Part shown: in pieces, positions 54,001-64,000 of the stretch | How positions within the stretch are numbered: the first letter of the stretch is position 1 | How the letters are laid out: each line of letters starts with the position of its first letter | Source of the DNA: Octopus vulgaris | Taxonomy: Eukaryota | Direction of reading: 5' to 3' | NCBI GenBank assembly: GCA_951406725.2 | Contig: OX597825.1 | Span: 18,228,001-18,292,000 of the forward strand | DNA length: 64,000 bases | Notes under the pieces: model-generated | Databases searched by the model: none | What the model saw: the letters and a program-made list of their open reading frames with translations, nothing else | What the model was told of the DNA's origin: nothing | Made by a program: the position numbers and the translations under genes

Positions 54001-57000
54001 TTCTTTCACATATTTGAAATAAAACCCCACTGGTTTTGGCCTCGATTTACAGAATTCTAGTATTGCGAAACAGTGTTCTGGTACTTAAATATAAAAACGA
54101 ACCCATGACCTGCATGGATTTTGTGGTCATTTTCAGCCACCAATAATTCATAGATTATAAATCAATTTTAACATTTAATTATTCTGGTATAGGTATGGAA
54201 AATAAAAATATCAGTAAGTAATATGTTGCGATAGATTTAATGGAGCCATTAATTAATCGATTACTTTATTGAAGTTAGAAAATTATTTATTTCTCACGTG
54301 TGTATGTATTTATGTGTCAGTAATAGCATTCATACTCTACTTTAAAAATGTGGTAAAAAAAAAAGTGGCAGTTTCCTCACGATCGTTCTGCGGGTTAGTG
54401 GCCACTCCTCGGAGAAAAAATGTAGGCGGTGGGGTACGTATGTGCTGTGTGAACGCATTTTGGTATCTATGTGTCATCATATAAAACAATATTGACATTC
54501 AGAGTTTTATCAATGCATTCGAAAACTGACCAATGCAAATGTCTCAATATGTACATCGACTCCATGTGGAATAAGGGATGTGTAGGTCACTGTTCAAATC
54601 ATTTAATGCATCCCCTACCTTCACAAGGACCTGAAATAATCGACATAATAAATATAGTGTTTAACATTCCAATTCGCTGTTCTAACGCTCTTATCACTCC
54701 GTCACACTTAGGTTATATTAAATAAGTGTTAATGGTGTCGATAAGAAAAAAGAACACAGTGCGTAGTCAAGTTGAGAATGACATTTAGGCACTTTCCAGC
54801 GAAGTTTATTGATGTATGTGTAGGGGGATTAACAAATCATCTAAAGGAATCAACATAAATTATTCACCAAGTACAAACTATGATAATATCATCTATTTCT
54901 AATACAAGCATTGTCTAAGTACTAACGCACTAAAATTTAGAAAAGGAGCTGGGCGTGGGGGGAGGGAAACAGTGAACGTGATAGTTACTTATGCTAATCC
55001 AAATGGCAAAAGTAACATGAATAAAAATATATACAATACGACTCCCTTGTTGCTTCTTGTCTGAGGTTATTCTCCATTCTACACAGAAAGTATTGTTTTC
55101 TTTTCTATTGTACAGCTAAAGTGAAATTTTTATTCCCCAGAAATCTAATGTAAAGTTGGTTCTTTTTACCATTTCAACTAAGAACACCTATTTATGATAA
55201 TGGTTATTGCGTGAGCACATAACTTGGGCAGACTATTCATAATATCGATTTTCTTAATATTGAAGAGCCTCATATTTTCAAAAGCGAAATAAAATTTGAA
55301 AAATGAGAATTTTCGAACTTCTTTATATTTTTTTTTTTTAAGAAGGAGCGGAATGTTTCTACATAACAGGATTAAGGTAATATTAAATGAGATACGATGT
55401 AAACTGTTTTTCCTTAAATCAAGAACTGAATCACATGTCACAGAATACATTCTGGATATTAAATATCAATTGTCAGAGCGCGGTTATGTATGTCGTTGCG
55501 GTCTTTATGCCTTTCTAACAATTTTAGCAATTTAATCTTGTTACATCGTCGAAGTACTTAATTTTCAGTAACTTCAGCTTATTCTACGGTATCACAAATT
55601 CTTCTAGACGTATTATTATACCATTCAATTTAAAATGCGCCATTGGAAGCTTCAATTAAAATGAATTGAAATTTTATGTTGCTTTTGTTTTTCATCAAAT
55701 ACATTACGAGACTATTAAGATCTTTTTAAATGCGGTATCAGTTACCATCGAATAAAGTATTAAAGCTTCGTTTTTCCACATTCCATTTTGTCTCCAAATG
55801 ATTATTTCTGAAATAACTACTAGTTTCAAATAGCGATAACAAGTAATCTAATTTTATAAATAATGTCGTAGTATATTCTACAATATTTATCACCTTCAAC
55901 TAAAAGCTTTCGTCTGGTATAGGGATTTATAGAGAATTTGTACGATATCTGAAGTGAAGAAAATTGTGATTATTAAATGTACAATATATCATGTACTTAA
56001 CGCAATACCAATTACTTCTCTAGAGACTAATAGTTTTTCTAATGAATAGTTAACGCTGGTTTGGATACTCTTTTTTTGATTTACAGTATATAAATGAATT
56101 TCAATAAATTATATTGATGTTCCGCTCACGTTAGTGTAAGCGAATGTATACGCTAATGATCTTAGATACATATACTTAGGAATCTGTTTGCAACTAAATA
56201 ACTATAAAAAAATATATCGCTGGACATCATTGTTACTAATGAAGTTTAAATTATTTCTGCTTACTTTGATGTTTTTGCCAGCTAAATGTAGAGTGAAAAG
56301 ATAGTATTAATTGGGAAGGGGGATAAACACGAATTTAGATAACATATCATTTTCCACTCACACCGTCCATTGTTCTTTTTTATTTCTTTTTTTTTTTTTT
56401 TTTTTTTTTGGCGTCTCTACGAATATAACAAGATAGCGAGACTTCTTAATCATATAGATTCTAGAATGATTTCTGATATATATCCATAGACCCCTAAAAG
56501 CCGAAACCGTAAACCAAGTCCTGTAGTAAAATACAATTGAGAATTTACGGAATAAGGACAATTTCTGTTGCACTTATAGCAGAAACGACGGGTGCAGGTT
56601 AAATTGAATTTTGTGAAGTATGATATGAACAACCAACGACTAGAATCTTTGTAATGTGTAGAAAAAAAACAACAACTACATTATTGTAATATTCTTCTTT
56701 CGGTGTATATTCCAATGCTTCAAACCCATCTCAACATAATATAATGAAGGAAGGTTTATCTCCCCTATGATAGTAGACCACAGGGTGCACAGTCAACTCG
56801 TACTTGCAGCGGTATTCAACAGGGATGTTTTCAGTCGGCTCCCACGAATGAATACTGACCTCATCTGACGGTCGTCCGCAGGCGTGGCTGTCAAACGACC
56901 TAATGTTCCAGCAGTAATGCTTCTACGTGCGGCTCCAAACAATGGAACACAGGCAGAGCAAGCGTATTGGGATAGCGCGCCTTCAACAGCAACTACGGCT

Positions 57001-57164
57001 CAAAGGACTCAGAACGTATTTTAGCGATTTTAGAAAGATCAAACATAATATTCATCTCATCAATTTAGAAATATACAAGATAAAATGCAAAATATTCCTG
57101 AGATTTTCTATGTCAACAAATAGAAAGGAGAACGTTTCTAAATGTTGTTCCATCTAGACACTGA

Positions 57165-57592
57165 TATTGGTTTCAAACTTCAAGCCAACAATTTCAGAAT
57201 ATGGGGTAAGTCAATTATATGAACCCCTAGAGTTCAGCTGGTACTTATTTTCTCGACCCCGAGGGACGAAAGACACAGTAGACCTCAGTCGAATTTGAAC
57301 TCAGAACCTAAATACGAGTGAAATGCCGCTAAACAATTTGCCTGGTATGCTAACGTTTCTTATTTCTTTACTGTCCACAAGGAGCTACACACAGAGGAGA
57401 AAAACAGAACAGGCAAACGGATTAAGTCGATTATATCCACACCAGTGAGTAACTGGTACTTATGTAATCGACCCCGAAACGATGAAAGACAAAGTCGACC
57501 TCGGCGGAATTTGAACTCAGAACGTAGCGACAGATGAAATGCCACTAAACACTTTACTTGGTGTGCTAACGTTTCTGCCACTTCCACGACTT
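57165..57592 (-). mobile_element. SINE family B, two copies in tandem
   Basis: The core gacctc(a/g)g.cg/ggaatttgaactcagaac occurs at about 57280 and about 57497. Confidence 0.85.
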
Positions 57593-57863
57593 CATCTTAA
57601 CATTACATGTAAAACATCGCCTACAGGCTCGGTTACATGTAACTTGCATTAGAGATCCATTTATTGGTTTCTCCTCTTAGCTTTTGCTTGAAGCGATAAT
57701 TCTATACTAAGTGCAAGATAACAATTACACTATATATTTCCTTTTTCGTTGGCTATACTAGAATTTCGAACATTATGGCATTACTTAACCCATGCAATAT
57801 ATCCAGACATTCCAATTCAGTAATAATTCTTCCTATTTTTCTTAATATTATGAAATAACTAAA

Positions 57864-58172
57864 GGTGGCGAGCTAGCAAAATCGTTAGCACGCCGGGCAA
57901 AAAGCTTACCGGCATGTCGGCTGTCTCTACATTCGGAGTACAAATTCTACCAAGGTCGACTTTGCCTTTCATTCTTTCGAGGTTGATAAAATAAGTACCA
58001 GTCAGGTACTGGGGTCAATGTAATCGATTTACCTCCACCACAAACTTGCTAGCCTTGGGCCAAAATTTGAAACCAATATTATGAATGAAATGTAAGGCGG
58101 TGAGCTTGGAAAATCGGTAGAACGCCGGGCAAAATGCTCAGCGGAATTTTGTCCATCTTTACGTTCTGAGTT
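57864..58172 (+). mobile_element. SINE family B, full copy plus a second head
   Basis: ggtggcgagctagcaaaatcgttagcacgccggg...gtcgactttgcctttcat...aaaatttgaaaccaat; second head ggcggtgagcttgg at 58095. Confidence 0.85.
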
Positions 58173-58259
58173 GATTATATCGATACAAATATCTGGTATG
58201 TAATTTTATCGGTCCGGAAATATTTGTGTGATGTGGGTGGGTGGGTTTTTTTTGGGGGG

Positions 58260-58425
58260 TGACAGGCTTCCATACAGCTTCCATATACTAAATTCCCTCA
58301 TACGTCATTGATCGTCCCGGCGTTATAGATGATAACTCATGGACTGTTGCCGCGCAGTTGAATTGAACACGGAACCACATACAGCAAAGAGAGATTCTCA
58401 ACCACGAAACCAAACATGTGCCTAT
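58260..58425 (-). mobile_element. SINE family A head, degenerate
   Basis: gacaggcttccatacagcttcc...gaattgaacacggaaccaca...gtgcctat. Confidence 0.55.
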
Positions 58426-59266
58426 TTATGAGCGATAATTGATTACAATAAAATGTGATTAAACAAAATAAATCAGCTTAAACATACGTTTTACATTCAT
58501 ACGCTGATGCAATATTTATATTCATAGGCCCCTATTCACGTGCAATCGCTCAGATTAAGGTATTTTGTTTTGCATGAATGCAAAGTAAAGATCTTAGAAA
58601 CAATATACAATATCGATGGAGAAGATTTTCATACGATGTGTTTCATGTTTTTGTTCATGGCCGCCAAAGAGAATATTTCATGTCAGTAAACTCACAATCC
58701 CATTAGTTAAAACAAAATACCACATTTTCTGTATATTGATTCTAGAAAAATTGAAAAGCTAAACAGAAAAACATTTATTTTTTTGATATTTCTAACTTCT
58801 TTTTCTCAAAACACAGTTTCTCCCTAAATTCCATAAATCATTTGTAGCCAAAAAGATGCTAATGAAAATAGACTTAATGATACCGGAAAACAACATGATC
58901 GATTTTCAGTTATATTTTATTGACGTTTATACAAAATCTAATTAGATTACAAAGAAATCAGGTTTTGTTTACTTTGTAAAATTGTGAATATAATTTAGGA
59001 AAAGAATAGGACTTTGAAAGCCAATCAAATTCAGTGAATCGTTTATAAAGATTCCCTTGACAGCCAAAGTAATGCGTATGGTATTCACTGTTGCGGTGTT
59101 TTCCTGGAGAAGAATTGAGCGAAATCTTTATTGATACAGCCAGCTATTTTTCTATACATGATATTATACTCTCTTGCATATGTTGCAATCGTTATAATTC
59201 TTCATTGAAATTTTTAAAGACAAAAAGACAAATATGATATGCACCGACATGTGGCTTTGGTGCTGT

Positions 59267-59269
<3 letters not shown>

Positions 59270-59320
<51 letters not shown>

Positions 59321-59422
59321 AGGTAGTTGGTGGAGGAGACGAGGAGGACGTCGATGACGAGGAGGTGGGGAAAGATGAGATGAAAAAGGAGAAAAGAAAG
59401 GCTCAAAGACATAATGCTGAGT

Positions 59423-59462
<40 letters not shown>

Positions 59463-59945
59463 CGACGGTACAGGTGGAAGTCGGGTGTGTAAGTATGCGT
59501 ATATGGTGGTGGTGCTGGAGGGGATGATGATGATGATGATGATGATGATGACGACGACGAGGACGACGATGATGATGATGATGATGATGATGACGGTACA
59601 GGTGGAGGCCTTGTGTGTGTGTGTAAGTATGTGTATATAGTGCTGGTGCTGGAGGGGATGATGATGGTGACGACGACGATGATGATGATAATGATGATGG
59701 CGACGTCGACAAAGATGTTTGTGATGACGATGATGATGACAATGCCGGAGACAGTGGAGATGGTGATTCTGATGATGACGGTGTAAGTGGTGATGGTGAT
59801 GACGATCATAGTAATAATGATGATTACGATGAGGATTATTATTATCGATGATGCCGTCCTCCTCCTTCTCCTGCTCCTCCTCATCATCATGAAGGAACAG
59901 AAATCAACAAAAACATATATAGCAGCAGCAGCAGCAGCAGTAGCA
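59270..59945. repeat. (GTA)n, (GAT)n, (GAC)n and (GCA)n compound trinucleotide region with internal duplication
   Basis: gacggtacaggtgga...gtgtgtaagtatg...ggtgctggaggggatgatgat occurs twice (about 59464 and about 59592). Confidence 0.9.
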
Positions 59946-60263
59946 GCTATATTAACAAGAGTCCAAACCAATATCTGCAGCAGTAACGTTAGCAGCTGAT
60001 AAAAATCGATAGCCGCTTCAAAATATTGTTTAAAATTCTCTTAGTTCTGATAAAATACGACGACAATTTTTGGTTGCTCTTATTGCTTGGTTCTTCGCTG
60101 GAATGAAATACGTTTTACATTTCACTTAACAGTTTACATTTCACTTAACATTTTCGAGCAATAATTTAAATGTTAAACTAAAAATCCTTCACATTTCTGA
60201 AAATGTAAGTACTGTCCTCTTGAGGAGAGATATAACTTGCCATACGAATCTATCTTGAGTGTG

Positions 60264-60264
<1 letters not shown>

Positions 60265-60325
<61 letters not shown>

Positions 60326-60370
60326 ATATGTATATAAATGGATATATATGTGTGTGTAGGTGTCTGTATT

Positions 60371-60415
<45 letters not shown>

Positions 60416-60458
60416 ATATGTATATAAATGGATATATATGTGTGTAGGTGTCTGTATT

Positions 60459-60516
<58 letters not shown>

Positions 60517-60610
60517 AATATCTATATACATATATACATACATATAGATATACATATGTATCCATGCATACATATATATATATATATATACATATATACA
60601 CAGTCATGCG

Positions 60611-60644
<34 letters not shown>

Positions 60645-60710
60645 CATATGTATATATATATATGTATATATGTATACATATACACATATATACATACATA
60701 TACACTATCA
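60265..60710. repeat. (TA)n block with a duplicated approximately 90-bp unit
   Basis: gtatgtatatatgtatataaatggatatatatgtgtg(tg)taggtgtctgtatttg at about 60318 and about 60408. Confidence 0.9.
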
Positions 60711-60973
60711 CACACAAACGTGTGATCACAGTGGTCGTGATCATTGGTTCTGTAGCATTGGTTCACTAGCATTCGATTGGATTTCAAAATAATCTGAGAG
60801 AACATGAATAGATTGAATATTTATGCAATCAATTAATATTATTCCATTCTGCCGTTTCAGAATTGGAACGATTTTGAAAGGACAACAGGGACTTCACCAC
60901 TGCAATCTTGGAATTAACCTAAGTTACATATAGCACGAGTTAAAGATAAGCACACACATACACATATATATAC

Positions 60974-61046
<73 letters not shown>

Positions 61047-61112
61047 TATGTATGTATACACACACATACACATACATACACACACAACACGCATTTACAT
61101 ATATACATATTT

Positions 61113-61225
<113 letters not shown>

Positions 61226-61792
61226 GCATGCCTAGAGAAGAATAGTAAATCATCAAAAAGCAATGTATTAAGGATGAAAATGACGAACATTGTGATAATC
61301 TGCTTTGCAAATGTTAACTTACAGAGGATATTATATATCTAATCCTATTATATTTTATATTAGGCCAGATGTAGAAAACACTTCTGGAATAGGATCATTG
61401 CATACTTTCCAAGGTCATAATGAAAACAAATTTTTGCGAAAATAACTAAACTGTTAATTGAAAGCAAAGTATATGTTTGGTTTCTTTTAGTTAATCATAT
61501 ATCTAATGATGCTTTTACAAGATATAGGTGTATGTGTGTGTGTGTGTGTGCTTGCATGTATGATATATGGGGTGTTGGGGTCAATATAAGTTTATTTTTC
61601 CATATGACTTTCTGATGTTTACAACCGTTTCGTAACCTACTGCGTTAGCGTTATTTTTTGTTGTATGCAAAATTGTGCTTACTTTCAATATGTATGTTCA
61701 CGATTATACATTGAAATGTACACGCCCTTACATTCATGTGCATATGTTTATTTATATATAGAGAGAGGCATACACCTATATGTATATGTATA

Positions 61793-62226
61793 GGCGGAGA
61801 AGTGTGGTAATAAGGTTGCTTTCAAACCATATGATAATGGGTTCAGTCACAATGCATGGCATCTTGGACAGTCGTCTTCTACTATCGTACTATAGTCTTG
61901 TGAGTGCATTTGGCAGATGGTAGCAGAAAGAAGCCCGTCATATATATTTATATATATATATACATATATATGTATGTATGTATATATATATATATGAAAG
62001 TATATTTATGTATGTTTCTTTGCGTCTGTATTTGTCGCACCACCACCGCTTGACAACCGATGTTGGTGTGTTTATGTCCCGGTAACTAGCGGTTCGGTAA
62101 AAGAGACAGGTAGAATAAGTGATAGTCTTACAGAGAATATGTCCACAGAAGAAATCCTTTAAGGCGTCGCTCCAGCATGACCGCAGTCAAATGACTGAAA
62201 CGTCTTCAAGATTAAAAAATAAGAGA
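61793..62226 (+). mobile_element. SINE family A, full length, diverged
   Basis: Head ...gggttcagtcac..., central TA tract, cgcttgacaaccgatgttggtgtg..., ctccagcatgaccgcagtcaaatgactgaaac. Confidence 0.85.
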
Positions 62227-63389
62227 ATGTATGTATGTGTGTGTGTGTGTGTGTATATAATTTCGATGTGTTACACTGATCTGTTATGCTAAAATTTATT
62301 GCCTCTCCATTCCCAAATCTAATACTATGGTATGTAGAAAAATAAGCATACGTTGGTGAACATAATTCTGGATACACACAGCAATGATATTGTTATGCTT
62401 AGAGCACACATGATAATATTTGTTGGCTAAAATATAGTCGAGCAAAATAACATCAATAACTGCTGCGAAATGGCTATTGAACTTTATTGAAAGCTATAAA
62501 ATTTGCTTAAGAGCAGTGACTATATTCTGTAATTTTTTCGTTAACTAAAACATTCGAGAGGCAATTGAAACATGTCTAATCTTGAAACACGACCTGAAAA
62601 AAATATGACAAACGCCATTTACTTTTCATGAAAAGGCAAGAGTAGACACATATACAGACACACAAAAGCGCGTACACGCACGCTCAGCACACGAGAACAC
62701 ACACATATACACAACGTTTCATATATTAATGGATTTAGCTAAACGATAGTTATGTACAAGTAAAGTGAGCCGCCAATAAAATGCATTTGGTCACAGTATA
62801 TTCTAGTTCTGGTGATGATTGAAATTGAAGCCAATATTACTACACAAAGAATCTCTAAGATGTGATGTAACTAAACACAAAATGGCGTTTACTCAAACAC
62901 TAAGCCTTTGTTTATTTTACTGTATTCGTTCCTTTTACATGCTGCAATAAATTTACCGCCCAGAAGATTTATTATAATGCCTACGGAACCAATCTAACTC
63001 TCTGGTATACAATCGTGTATTATTTGCTTATCCAATAACAGTATTACGCTGTTAGAAACTACACCGATAATTCACTATTCTGTTAATACCGAGGAAAATA
63101 TAACGCTGTTAATTTTTACGTTCAACAGATTCCACGTTGGCATAAGTTAGAAGCATTCCTATTCTTATTCTGTTCTTGCAGCTGCTGCCACTAATGCAGT
63201 TGTCTGCTATAATCTTGTGTCAACGATAACGAAGTAAACCTATGACCAACGAAGCAAACCTATGACTATCCTCTACTATCTTCAAACAGTATATTCGGAA
63301 CCTTTGGAGATGTGCTTGTCTGTCAAGTAATTTGATCTGAGAGCAGGTTGAAACTAAAACAATCAGAGCGCGGAAGGCACATTCTATTA

Positions 63390-63787
63390 TTCTTTTATTC
63401 TTTTATTTGTTTCAGTCATTTGACTGAGGCCATGCTGGAGCACCGCCTATAATCATCAAATCGACCCCAGGACTTATTCTTTGTAAACCTAGTACTTATT
63501 CTATCAGTTCCTTTTGCCGAACCGCTAAGTTACGGGGACGTAAACACACCAGAGATTTTGGGAGGACAAACACAGATACACAGACACGAACACATATATA
63601 TATATATATACATTTACATATATACGACGGGTTTCTTTCAGTTTCCGTCTACCAAATTCACTCACAAAGCTTTGGTCGGCCCGAGGTTATAGTAGAAGAA
63701 ACTTGCCCAAAGTGCCACGCAGTGGGACTGAACTCGGAGCCATGTGGTTGGTAAGCAAGCTACTTACCACACAGCCACTCCTGCGCC
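63390..63787 (-). mobile_element. SINE family A, full length
   Basis: Close reverse-complement match to 37129-37557, ending ccactcctgcgcc. Confidence 0.92.
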
Positions 63788-63801
63788 TATGGGCACATAT
63801 T

Positions 63802-63895
63802 AGCCATTCAAAAAACAAAGCTATTAACTTTACTTAAACGTTTAAAATTTGGTGTTAACTTTTCGTCGCATGAACTGCGATCTGGTCACTGACGC
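63802..63895 (-). mobile_element. Single-arm relative of the 35.6 kb foldback family
   Basis: agccattcaaaaaaca...ttttcgtcgcatgaactgcgatctggtcactgac parallels 35641-35742. Minus reads gtca-GTGACCA-gatcgc(agttcat)gcgac-GAAA. Confidence 0.55.
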
Positions 63896-64000
63896 GGATA
63901 CACAGCAACTCGAAACTATCGTCGAGATATCCCCTGCCTTTTTCTTTTCTTTTTTCTGTAGCTTATGCGGCGGATAGCTTCAGAGGTATCTATCTTGTAA

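Noticed and set aside
59192-59971. Longest ORF in the track (259 aa, minus)
   Set aside because: Entirely trinucleotide low-complexity sequence, open in several frames on both strands.
62590-62610. Minus-strand tttttttcAG|GTCGTG acceptor (similar at about 43945)
   Set aside because: No consensus donor at the junction and no convincing downstream reading frame.
63935-63992. Plus-strand acceptor (polypyrimidine-TAG) with a possible 24-nt micro-exon
   Set aside because: Weak donor (GTATCT), adjacent to a repeat fragment and at the window edge; cannot be supported.

Overview
AT-rich, microsatellite-saturated eukaryotic non-coding DNA. The SINE families and (TA)n/(CA)n/(GATA)n/(AAT)n load suggest an octopod cephalopod (inferred from repeat content, not verified). 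I see no intact protein-coding gene; almost all ORF-track entries are translations of simple repeats. Recognisable content: three tRNA-derived SINE families (about 25 copies), 3' fragments of RTE- and CR1/L2-type LINEs, a TIR-bounded decayed maT-like (DD37D) element, a mariner transposase fossil, a probable Mutator-type transposase fossil, two MITEs and Helitron/Helentron-type non-autonomous elements. The most interesting signal is a set of short non-coding elements lodged in or beside (TA)n tracts. They carry minimal type I hammerhead ribozyme motifs of the Penelope-like-element (PLE) type, with canonical cores at 8.5 kb and 17.0 kb and variant cores (U4C, G3-C8 swap, A6U) elsewhere. Many form 200-360 bp foldback palindromes. 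A minus-strand polypyrimidine-CAG|GTAAGT site at 9474/9475 suggests the window may lie in a long, recursively spliced intron. All calls were made by eye, and boundaries of degenerate elements are approximate.
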